From the NCBI GenBank assembly GCA_002633005.1, contig NMRA01000960.1, positions 24,231-88,230 of the forward strand: DNA of 64,000 nucleotides, written 5' to 3'. Shown here piece after piece: positions 37,801 to 50,900 of the stretch. How positions within the stretch are numbered: position 1 is the stretch's first letter; each line of letters starts with the position of its first letter. Source of the stretch: Phoronis australis. Lineage: Eukaryota > Animalia > Phoronida. The translations under genes and the position numbers were made by a program. The notes under the pieces are model-generated. The model saw only the letters and a list, made by a program, of their open reading frames with translations. It searched no databases and had not been told where the DNA came from.

Positions 37801-40800
37801 TATTATAGCAAAGTCATTGAAAGAGCACTGCTCGTAACAATGATTGGAGCTCTGCAGATGAATATTAACATATGGACATCTGTCAGAACCTGTTCCCTGG
37901 TCGGGGTTCTCAGATAACGAACAGTTTCACCTATATAGGTGGAGCCACATCCAGCCCAACTTTGTACACTACCCTCTATCGTAGACCCATAGGAATTTTG
38001 TCCTCAGGGTTAAATAAATTAGACAGTTTTAGAGACTTGAATGTTAATACAATTCTTAAGTTAACACAATAAAAATCACCAATTTGTTGAGTTTTCGTTG
38101 AAGTTAACAATCTTGGCGTAATAACCAACATAGGGTATTTTAAAATACTTGTAGTTAGTTTTGTCTACAGGAGGAATATCATCAGGGTTACGTTGCAGTC
38201 TTGCTTTCAGTACTCTATTCACTAATTCAAAGGGATAGCCATTCTTTGAAAATTTGATGTAAGTTCAGAATCAAATCTAGCCCATTGTTGTTAATGCGAT
38301 ATAAACTGCTTAATATTAGTTTTAATGAGACCGACCTTGCAAACAAATAATGTAAAGCTATGAAAGCAAGCGTACGGTCCTGTGTAGGTCTTCTTATGAA
38401 ACACTGATGTTACCACTGAAGTACCCTCACGCTCCACGAACACGTCTAAAATGGCAATGTGTTGCCAACTTCTAAATCAATGCCGAATTTCAAGGTAGGT
38501 TGCCTCGAGTTTAAATATGCCAAAAATTCCTGGACTGACTGCTGATTTTCAAATACAAAACACATCATCCACATGTCGTCGACATAGACATGAGGACCAA
38601 CGTACGTCCTAATCCATGTTTTCTCATGATGACCTAAAAACATGCCGGCTAATATGGAAGCCAAAGGTGAACCCATTGCTACACCGTCAATTTGGTTAAA
38701 AACCTCTCCATTAAATATGAAATGGGTTTTGTTGGTGGCAGATTTGAATAACTCTATCCATGAGTTCATCTCGAGTAATCTTTGCACTGGGATAGCTTTT
38801 CATGGTACAGCCAGTAGCCAAAGATATACATTCGTTCACAGGTAGGTTAGTAAACAAACTCGCGATATCAAAAGAAACCATGAACCGATTCTCGAGAAGT
38901 TGACCCCTAACCGCAGAAACAAAGGATAATGTATCACCTGCTGTGTAATCCTCTTTTATATGTGGTTTGAGTAGCTTACATAGGCACTTGGCAAGATTGT
39001 AGTTGAAGGTATTCACAGATGACGCAATAGGTTTAAATGGAGGAATGGAATCCTCTGTCGGCTTGTGCATTTTCGGTAAACCATTGGGTAGACCATATAG
39101 TCTGCTTGGCTGTGAACCTTGTGATACAAATAGTTGTAAGTTTCAGTATCTAAACCATTATTCTTAATTTTGCGAAAGAACCTCTGTAGCTGTTCTTCTC
39201 AAGTTAGTGTGGGATCTGCTTTGACACGTCTCAACTTCAATACGTCACTCGGAATTGCATTCAAAGAATTGACATAATCATTACGATCTAAAATCGCTGC
39301 ACCATTTCCCTTCTGGAGTCTAATTATCACTAGGTTGTTGTTTCTTCACAGTTCTTTGACTACCTTAAACTTTCTCAAATCATTCTAATGGTCTGTGGGA
39401 CGACATAATTTTGTTAAATCTACCTTCAGTTCAGTATCTTTAGTAGGGTCAATAATTTTTTTTTGCTCAAAACATACAGCTACATCGGACTTTTTAAAAT
39501 TCGGTGGACAAACTGACACAGATAAGCCATTTTTCAGAACATTCATTTGTTCCTTAGTGAGTCTAAACGCCGGCCTCATCAGGAGTGAAAGCCAATACAG
39601 TGTTACGGGTCAGCTTCTTGAGCTTCTTGTGACCACTGTTTTTTTCTAGGAAGTGCTCGTATTATGTCAGAGAGGTATATCGCAGGAGCTACCAAGAGCG
39701 TTACACAGTGGGATGTTGGTGGTTCGGGTGGAACAGGTGCACCAAATACAGGTACGGGTAGCTCATGTGTCAGTAATAACATGACGTACGTTTCGTTTGA
39801 TCCATAAGTATTCAGTCTGACAATGTGTTAATCAGACTTGGCGAAGTGTCTCACTGTATGTTAATTAGCCGCTGTGTCTCCTTATGACGCACATACTTAA
39901 TTACGCATGCGCTACCACACTGGTGAAACAAACAGTTGTCTCTGAAATATAAAGCGGTTTCACCCATAGAAATAAACATCACTACCTTCAAGCAAACGCA
40001 AATGTTTCAGGTATAAAGGATGCAATGTGAGTATTGAGCGTCTCCATTCTATTTTTGAGATTTAGCCCTGGCCATTGACATTTTTATAGATAGCTGGATA
40101 CGTCACACTGCTATGGAATGTGGGATGCCGCTCATTCAAAGCAGAACAAAACCGACCAATGGAAACAGTGAACGTATAACATCATTTCCTGTCAAGAAGT
40201 GACACGGGCTGCGTTCAGTAGACATTCATTGCCGACTGCATGTAGATATGCGGTCACGCCATGCAGTAAAAATAGTGGCACAGACGCGGCGTTACCAAAT
40301 TGTACATTGTTGAAAGTTACTTCCTTCTAGATTCAAAGTGACGCTTTTATAGATAAAAGAAACAAGTGAATGTTCATATTACTTACAGGACGGTATACAC
40401 ATACGATACCAGACAAGTACTGAAGTACCGCTGCTGTACAAATTATGTTCTTCATAATTCTGCTTGCGAACGTAAGTTGTCACGTCATAGTTTACAGTAC
40501 TGCACTAATGTTCGTTATAAAAATGTTCATGATGAAATCTCAAAAAATGCTTAAACAGTTTGCTAAATTGTCATGATTTCGCTTTAAATTCGTTTCATGG
40601 AACTTTCGGATTTTTAAATAAAAAATCATAAGAGTTCTATTTTGATAACAAAAATGGAAAATTTAAAATCAATTGCTTACAGCGTTTTTGAAAACAATAC
40701 ATAAAGAATAGCATCTGAAAGTTTCATGAGAATCCAATCAGCCATTCGGAGATATGATGTTACGAACTTAGCCAAATGTGGACATTTGTCTGGGTTCGTG

Positions 40801-43800
40801 CATCACCTTAACCAAGGGTCCTCGCAGCATCTGGCGACTGATTGGCGTTAGAGACATCCCAGTTTCCCAGCAGTTACTTGACAAAGATAACTTCTTCACA
40901 TGTGCCACCTGACTGTGATTATTTGTTTCACTGATCGAACTACCGGGTATTTCCGATAGACCCTCTGGGTGCTCTTTCGGACACGCCTATTTTCCCGAGT
41001 TGGTTTTGCGTCCGCAAAAGCCCCCAAGAGGTCATTCGGAAAATGTGGTGGGGCTAATTCGGAAACCTGTATTGGTTACTATAGCGGACTCATCGAGCAG
41101 ACTTTAAAAGTGCTATAAGGATTACGTTACTGCACTTGAGATTAGAAAATTAAACTCAGAAGGCGGTGGGTGATATATTTTTAAGGACGACAATTGGAAA
41201 ACCTGAAATTTTACGAGAGGACTTTTTCAAGCGCATATACAGGGATTTTTCCAGGTCTGAAAATGGACCAGCATGCGTGGGATTCTTAGTCCATCACGGT
41301 GTTTGAAAACTGACCAAGCAAGGGGTAATGGGCACCCTTAATAAGAATAAAACCTGCTTTTCTGAAGTATGAGATGGTGATGGAGGTTGTATTATGTACT
41401 CATCAGTACATTAAAATTGACTTTTTTGAGTTCTGTAATCCTAGAATAGATTTTTATTTTTGCACCAACAAAACTGAAAATTCGCGAAGAAAAAATCTCT
41501 CATACAGCTTCCCAAGATCTCCTTCGTCACTGTTGTAGCAAAACGAATGATATTTGTTCTATTTGGCATCTTGGTCGATGGATAATTGCACAATCGAGTA
41601 GCGCCTCCTAGAGTCTTTTAATCTAACTGACAGTCACAGATTGACAGAAAAGTGTGTAAGTGTGAAAAACTGACTGTATAAAAACTATGAAAGAGACAAG
41701 AATTTTTATTCTTGCGTTGGGCTGAACAAAGACAGCAGTAACAGATGGAAGTTAACTCATGTTCCAAAAGAATCCGATATAGATTTGGGAGAGCGATAAA
41801 AATGCGTAAAAATGACCTTAATAATAATCAGTGAAAATGATATTTTTGTAGGCTAAAATGGGAGGACATAAAAAATCAATCAATGCATCCGAACTAATTT
41901 TTCTTGTATGTTATTCTTTCTTCTTTCTGCTATGTAGATAGCGTGAAGCGATGATGTGTTGTTGCTGACAAAAATTCACCTACTTCCCATTACTATTATT
42001 TGCTATTTTTCAGAAAAAGTACAAAGTGGTCGTAAAAAGGGTTAAAAAAACTCAGAAATTCTTAAAAAATCAGACTCGGGTGTCTTTTGACAAGGCCAGC
42101 ATGCTAACTTTGAAGAAAATTGGTGATTTTGCATATGTAGCCCACCATCTGGTTTTTATATGGAATTGCTCTTTTAAGACTTAAAAGTCTTTAGCATCAA
42201 ACACAAAGGACATAAAGTAAGAATTAGTTGACAAATTGAAAAGCTGATTCTTGAGAAAATATGAAAGAAATCAGTGAGGTGAAGGGAATAAACCAGCATG
42301 AAATAGGGAATCAAAGGTTTCAAAATTCTGTATACCCACAATTAATTTCATACGTACTTTTGCAGCACTGTGCCAGGGACACAGGTGGTGCCCGAATGGA
42401 GGACACTGTTCCAGCCCTAATTTCTGCAGTAACTGTAATGATGGATACTATTCACCCAGATGTGACGGTGAGTTGAGCAATCATTCGCATGGAGAGCTAA
42501 TAGCCACATCTCGAATTCAAATCTCCTCTTCGCCAAGGTAAAATGTTGACCTTGCGTTTGAAAGAAAGACTCAAACACACGTCTGAGCAAAATCAGCTAA
42601 GTAAAGAACGACGTCACAGCCCACCCGGCTGTCACAGTTTCGTGTTAGGCGCAGCAAACGTAAAGCTTCACTGACATTAGAACGTATGAGTATTGATAAG
42701 CATCAGTGACAGCAGAGAACAACGGTGAAACAACTTCTACGGATACCCAGCATTGCTTGTATATACAGCTGAATCGGAGTGGAGTTGAATGAAGTACTCC
42801 GGAATGTGGCTATACATGTAGCAGTTTTCTTAAATGTTGTAATTGACTTTATATCATTACATTTACGTCCACAGTGATGGTACAGTGTATACACCGACCA
42901 GTAATAAGTGTTCGATTTTTCACGACGTCAAGGAAGACTGAAAAATGCCACACGTACTTATTTAGCGTGTAGCAATCAATTTCTTTTTAGCTAGTCGTGC
43001 CCTCTATCAGCGGGACCGCCTACTGGGTTTACCGGATTCTACGACCTATGAATTAGGTTAGAGTAGTTCGAGCTTTCATGCAGGAATTAGTCAGTAATGG
43101 ACCACCACCAATTTTTAGAATATTTTTTGGGGACCCTATTGATTTCTGGTGAAATCGGTACGCGTCACCCTCCGACGTTTCTGAAAATCGTTAAGGAATT
43201 ACCAGCATGCCGTTATTTTCTACCATTTGACGTCTGCTCTAGAAAGACACGAAGAGTAAGCAACCCAATTTTTGCGTTGCATTCCAATGGAGCGAGTTCC
43301 ATATTTTTTGGAAAATAACATGCCAATGGCTACACAGCGTTTGGTCATGACATCATGTCCCCCGTGTGTGAATATTGCAGATTTGTCTGGATATGGATTT
43401 TTTCATTTTATGCTCAATTCGGTCGGACCCCATGGCCGGTTTCGTCATGATTGGCATTCAAATCAAATACCGAGACAACCCTTTGTTCAGACCATGGATC
43501 CGTCTTGAACTCATAATATAATATCGTGTGAGGACGCTAAACGCATACATTTCACATTTTGTTAAACGTGAAACAATACCAACCCCATTTGCAAGTCACC
43601 ATTAAGTGTATTGTTCAGGTACATTCAACGTAATAAAAATTCTATCTCTCACGCATCAATTATCAATGTGTTGCCAGGTAGTTTTCACACAAGAGTGGAA
43701 AATATGTAGCCTGTGAAATACATAGGCTTTGATGTGGCTCTTCAAATGTTTATTATGGGGGGTTCAACGTCTTGTCAGCAAACCTTGGATAACTCAATAA

Positions 43801-44911
43801 TGCTATTCAATTTCTGAGTACTAACTGCGATTATAATGTATGCAATGAATATAGTTCACTTTGCAATCGCTTTAATGACTTGCATGGACAGTAGCACCTT
43901 ACAATGCAGCATCAACATGGCTTCCCTCCCGCAAGGGGTGCGTCTGGTAGATGCACGACACGCGCGAAAAGTCAAGATCATGCAAGAGCACGTACACTGT
44001 AAACCACGCGAGTGACAGGCCAAAGTTTCGCAAATATGTTAGGGACCATACTATCAAAATGGCAGGCACTGATAATATCGATAGGCCAAGATAGAATGTT
44101 GAATTATGGAATAGAACACGCTGTTTTCGTTCCGTAATGAAATATTTCTCGCCTCAAGTCTTGCCACCCCAAATGCAACTACCACTATGCACTGCATCTT
44201 TTTAAGACCCCTAACACATACATACAGTTTTCATGCACAGTTACCTCTTACATTTCAGCCTGTCCACTGTCCAGGATATCAGACTGCTTCAAGATGACAT
44301 GTTCAAGCGGACCGTCTAACTTTGTGTGTCAGGAATGCCGCCTGAGTTCCCACTCAGGCTCGGCATATTTGCTGTCAAATAACAGATGTTTGCGTAAGTA
44401 CATTAACACATTTAACGCCTCTTCTACTGCAAGTTTATTTTCAAATAGGTGGAAATTAAATAAAAATGATAAGTTTTTTCCGACGTTTTTTGCGTAATAA
44501 TAAGGCATCCGTGAGGTAAGAATAACAGACTGTACAGGTGACATTATGACTGGCAAATGACGGAACTATGTACATGTATGCTAACTTGTTCTAAAAAACT
44601 AAAAAAATGATTGACAAAAATTGAATACTGCTGACTTGTATGTTATTGGTTGACTGCAAAAATGAAATAGTATACTGTGTATTATCCCTTGCAAAGCTCC
44701 CTAATGTATTTATTCGCTAGATGAAAAAATGAGCACATTCCAAAAGGTAACTTATAATCATATCATTCTTTTGCTACTGCATGCTGACTCTGCTCCCCAC
44801 CCATGCGGCAGTACGCCATGCCCTCCTTAAGTCCGTTACAGTGATTGTTACCAGTGTATTATTATATTCTTTAATTATTATGATTAAAGGTCGTTGAGAG
44901 TCTTTGTTGTT

Positions 44912-44947
<36 letters not shown>

Positions 44948-47900
44948 GTCATCGTCATCGTCATCGTCATCATCATAATATAAGTACTAATAACAACAAT
45001 AATACTACTATTAATAATAGTTATTACTATTATTATTATCATCGTAGCCATGCTTATAATTCTACATTCTTTTAGCAAAGTGCTCTTGGCTGTCAAACAC
45101 GTGGTGTTGGCCCGGTACTTGCCACGACAGGGGGTTAACCTCATCGTGTAGCTGCATTACTGGATTCGCCAAGAAATACGGGACCAACAGCTGTGAAAGT
45201 GAGTTAAATGCTTACATTGTCAGCCTGAACGTTGATAATATTTTAGGATCTCAAATGAAAAAAGACTGAAAAGAAATTATTGACTGTGTGCGCAGGCTGC
45301 TAAAGTATGCTAGATACATTGTATAGATATTAAGATTGCGTTAAGAATGCTGGCTTTCTTTACTTCCGAGAATCATCTTTGAGCTGTAAAGACTGGTTAA
45401 ATGGACTTTTCAAATAAGGAGGTCAATACAACAAGAACCCTGACTATATTTTAGCTTAGAAGTCGACTGACTGCAGCTCATGGTTTTACCGAATAGTGGA
45501 CTCAAATGTTGGCTGCCGACTAATCTTCATGAAGAATAATAATCCCGACGGAATATGTTTCATGCGGAAGCTGTTAATAAAACACGTCCGATAATTTCAG
45601 TTGCTTCTGTTAGACCAAATCTGCTGACTTGTACAACGAGAGCAGTCAGCGCAAGCAACGAGTATGCCGACTCAAGTGTCCCCAACGGATCCCCTAACTC
45701 TTGTGGCAACCAACAAGACTTTTGGAGCAATTTCCAGCCAACCGAAATTAGATTCACCTTTACTTTCGAGTTCAAAGTGTCCAACATACCTGCCAGACCA
45801 AGTCACATCAACGACTTCGTTTTCGGCATCACAGACGCATACATGCAGGTTACAACGCTGAGTAAAACAGGTTTGTAATGTTGTGAGGTAAAATTATATT
45901 TTCATGCAAACCACATTTTACTATTATGTCCCATCGGCGATTCAGTTTAGGGTGTCCAGTCAAAAACAAGAACAAGCACTTTCATCTTCGTGGTAATAAT
46001 GCATTAGGTCACCACCTCTTTGTACTGTTTATCTTCAGAGGATGGTTGGAACGTTGGAACGTAAACTTCGAATGCGAAATAGAGGTACACAACATATCTC
46101 GTCTACGACAATTACTTTGTCCCTGGTTTTGTATTTATCCCGTTCCTTCTTCATGTATCTGTTTGGTTGTCGTCTCATTTCCATTATCTCTTTTCTTCTT
46201 TCTTTCCTCCTGTTGAATCTAATGAAATGCTTTGCTATCTATCTCCGTTGTAACCGCCCAAGTCCCGCAACCCGTCCTGTGTTGCCTCTTTGTCTAACAC
46301 CCCAATCTGCTAATCTAGTGCGTTTGGTATACAAAAAGTTGACATGTATTGCAGGAGTGACGAAATACAGCGGTAACAACCGATACATATCGAGGTGTAC
46401 GCACACCTATTCTTCTTCAACACCACAACCTTCGACAATCACCTGTACGAATAAACTGACATTTGAAGGAGTTGCCTTGCAGAATAACGACAAGTTAGTT
46501 TTCACTAATTATACCTGCCGAAAATACTCGAGTAAACAAATAAATAAATTACTTTTATTTGACGTTTCGGTAGTGGTCGCAACTAAAGATGACTGAACGT
46601 TTGGTTCAGGTATAATGATAGAGTAATAGTCACAGAGGCCTCTGATGTTGAGAACCAGTTCGGGCCCGTTGCTGGTGAAAATTGATTCTCAAAATGAAGG
46701 ACCACTGTAAGTGACTATTACCTAACTGTGAGTGCAAAATTATCGCACAACCACTCACCATTATAGAAGATACTCTCACGCTATGATTTCTTGATCGACA
46801 TTAGCTCTTTTCCCAGACAACATTAGAAACTTATTTTGAACAACACTCACTACCTCAGGCCCACTTGACACATGTCGAAGCATTGATTTCCACTGTTGTT
46901 TATCTATACCCTAGGTATTGCGTGAGTTACAAGGCGGTTGGAGGAGGGTACTTCAGAACCAAGAACCTCGTGTATAACACTGTGTCTTCCAAGGAGTACT
47001 ACACACCAGTGCTGAGTTCAAAATCTGTTTGTCTCTTATACGACAGTGCTGAGCCTATTCACTGCTCAGAGACATCAACATGTCCACCGAACACCCCTTA
47101 CGAGACAGATCCCTTGGAGTTGACAAACAGGATAACCAAGAACAGTAATGTTACAGTGTCCTATGGGGGTTGGTCAGACACAGGTTCCGGCGTTGCTATG
47201 CTGGAATTCACTTTGTACAGTATGGCTGAAAAGTCGTCAAATCTTATCGGTTTAAAAGATAAAGTCAACCAATCGGTGAAGATTCTTAGGAATGGCGAAG
47301 GTTCATTAAAGTTTGTACTTCCGAGGCAAGGTTTGTATTGCGTAACAGCCCAAGTTTTGGACGTCTCCGGAAACACTCGGGTCGCTAGAAGATTCGTGCT
47401 TTACGACTCTTTGTCGGACGTTGCGATTAGCCCCAAACCACAAACATTTAAAGTTATCTCGGCGGCTGCCAACACCAATTACGTTTGGCAAACAAACTTG
47501 AACTCGATAAATATTCTATGGACGAGGCATTTCTATAATACGTTTCATGTTCGCAACAACATGTTGAGGCCAATTGAAAGAAACTCCCAAGTCTCTGGGT
47601 CTTACGATCAAATTACAGGCGACCTGCCCGTTATGGGAACACGAAATGTTGACGGGATTACTAGATTTCAATACGCAGTTGCTAAGCTGCCCAGTAACAT
47701 GCCGCGCTTAACCACTCTAATGGGTGTCCCTACGTCATTGACGTTAACTCCAAAGTTGAGAGACGGTGATACATACCGTATATGGGTCCAAGCTAAAGAC
47801 GTGATGGGAAATGTTGCGATAGACAACATCACTCTTCACATCGATTCGTCGCCCCCTCTGTTGACCAATGCTGGTTTAATTGAAAACGGATATAAGAAAC

Positions 47901-50900
47901 TCTTTGTACACAGCGTGGGCGACCTCTCGAAAATGAAATTCGAGTTTGATGCCTTGGACAGCGACAGCGGCCTTCATGATGTTAAGTGGAAGCTCGGAAC
48001 AACTGAAGGCAGTGCAGATATCAGTGATGGATCGCTTGTCATTGTAAAGGTACGGTAGGCTATAAAGTTGAATCTGTAATAGCCTTAGCTCGCCGTTGTC
48101 ACCCAAATGACTGAGTTTTTATGTATATCACGTATCGTTATGAAGCTGGCTCAGAATTTATTTCTATGCTTTTAAGAAATCAAAACCGATTTTTATCAAA
48201 TTTTTGTACCTGGTGAACGAACTGACAGTTCTTCCCAAGGCAGAAAGCACCTTTACTTCAAGTAAGAAGCAAGTTGCATTGAGCCAGGTTTGAAGCAGAC
48301 GAGAGCCCACTTAGAAGGATACCAAACTTGGTTTGGCCTAAAAACATATATGGAAAACTTCATCCATTTCTCCAAAACAACGCCAGGCTCTGTAAAACTC
48401 AACAACCCTCAAAAACTTGGAGGAAAATCTGAAAAGTCTTCTAAACAGGTAATCCTGATTTATACTTAATACGAGATACACCACAACTGTAAACATACTA
48501 TCCAATCTGTGACACTTTTATTTAAATCCTGGTTTTATTACTTAAGGGGGGCGACAATTATTGCATTAATTAGCAGGTGAGAGCATGATCTGTTGGCAAC
48601 ACGGGAGTGTAAAAGCAACGCTTCGCCCACAACAGCTACATGTACGTAACCAGTAATTGAGATGCTATGTATTACCTGGACGAGAGCTAATTTAATTGGC
48701 TCCCTGTTTGTCTACCTTAAAGCATAAATAGCTTGCTGAAAAAAGTTATATGTATCACGTGAAACTTTGTTGCTACAGACCGAGGTTTATTATGAAAAAC
48801 ATTTCATGTTTTCACAAGTGCATGGGGGTCCAGCATCCGAGCGTCTGTCGTCGCTGCTGTATCTTATAAACTCCTTGCATGATCCTAATAGAATCAGAAG
48901 ACAAATTTCTGACCAATTCAACTATCACTATGGTAATCTTCAAGTTTTTTACGTTTGCTTCGTATCATGATCTTCGGAGTTCCTTTATAGATTTTCCGTA
49001 AATTTCACAAATAGGTTTTTATTTACAACACCTTCCTACACACGGATTTGACGTATTCTGCGTCACCTACTGGACATTAAAAATCGATTCAGTTTCGGTT
49101 TTTGCCTCTCTATCCGTCAAACAGTTCGAAGTTTCATTGTGAAAACTCAATGAGAAAACCGCAGATGACTGAAGTTGATTTTCGGACGGGTTCAACTAAT
49201 ATGGCCCTCACTAGAGACGATTTTATTGTTTTGCGTCTACGATTGTATCTTCTTAACCAAGTACAAGATCTTTGTAAAATTTAGCGGTTGTGTTCTTGTG
49301 ACAATGGCAACAAATGTCAACAAATTGTAGACCAATCCGACTATCGCTGAGTACCCTAGTGGTAATTTTAATTTTAGTTTAGAACATAGAAGGATTTTCG
49401 TCGAATTTCAGGCGACTGGGTTTCTACAAAGGGGGAGATGATGCCGGTCCGTTTTTGTTTGGATTCAATTTATTTTGCGCATCTAATGTCCGCTTTTATT
49501 TTTCGATTCCTTCCTCTTTATCTACCAAACCGCTCAAAAGATCGTCTAAAAAACTTAGCAGATGTGTTTCTGACGAAAAGACCGTTGCTGACATTGATTC
49601 TTGAACGAGTGTGACAGCTGGGGCGCCCTGTTGTGTTCACAGCGGTTTCTTTAAAGGAGCATGCCACCCAAAAAACAACCTAATTTGTATCAATTTAGCG
49701 ACACGTACGGTTGCGTTACCCGACACCTGACGGCAGACGGAGGTGTTGAAATTATCCAATGACGTCATTGGTTTCACACGCAGTCTGTTCAGCAGTTCAC
49801 AACACGGGTTACTGGTGTCAGCTTATCGCTTGAAGTCATCGTTTAACACCAATAAATCATCAAACTTCGATGTAAAACCCTTAAAAATACACCGAGTTCT
49901 TATAAAAACGTGTTGTTTTATTTCGTTGTTACGGATTTATTGGTATTTGGACACACCGTAGCCTACAAAGTTCGGCAGACCAATAAGGTCCGTAGCAGGA
50001 GTTTGGCGTCTGTTCGGAGATAAGTTCGAAGTATTTTCCGTGAAATACAGACAGGAGAACCTAGATCTGTGTTGTTTAGACTTGTGATTTTTTGAGTTCT
50101 AAACACAAAACGCTTGTTATCCTGGCCATTGGCTCGCAGCCCGATCAGGCCCGTCGCACGGCCGGCCGGATTGACTCGTTATCTCGGCCAGTGGTTCGGA
50201 AATGCAGTGATCAGACATCATGAACATAAACCTGCCAAAGTTCCGTGGAAACTAAAGTTCCAGTCAAGAAAATACTATACAAGTGAGCCAAAGTAATGTG
50301 CACGTGATTATGTTGATGAATTAGCCTCGAAACTGCAAATCTACTTACTCGCGTCGTTGGGGGCCGCGAATTCATGTTCTCAGTTCTTTGGCCACAGCAC
50401 CGTCAGGGCAGAGTTTGTACATTGACAATCATTATTTGAGTAATGTAGATTCCCCTAACACGTGACCGTGGGATGGAAATCGAGTTGTTTCACAAAAGTT
50501 TCTGGCAGCAAACACTAAATTAGCATGAGCTCACACGGCCTCGGTGTCCCGTCAATTAGTTTTATTGCACCTAAAGCCGGTAACGTAGTGATTTATTAAT
50601 TGCTGGCTTCTCAAATCATTTGCACTCACGAACACTCCAAAGGCATAACAAATTGCATCTAATGAGACAGAATTTATTTTAGTTTTATATAAGTATTTGT
50701 TAGGGTGAGAATAATTCATTTTGAAACAGAACGCTCAGTAATAAACGCCATTATGGCAACTAGCAATTCCGACTTAGGACGATAGCTAGAGGTCATCAGT
50801 CCCGACTTCGCAGGTGGATCGTTAAGTTTCACAAGCTATCAATTCGAACAGGAATACAGTGATGAAGAAATACTAGAGAGGCGCCGTGAACAAGGTCAGA

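Noticed and set aside
42991-43056. Possible extra phase 1-1 exon (SRALYQRDRLLGLPDSTTYEL)
   Set aside because: Weak donor, no domain similarity, and exons 4 and 5 join sensibly without it.
46550-46590. Minus-strand ACCGAAACGTCAAATAAA, like the 3' half of a Penelope hammerhead
   Set aside because: Upstream CUGANGA is missing; at most a fragment.
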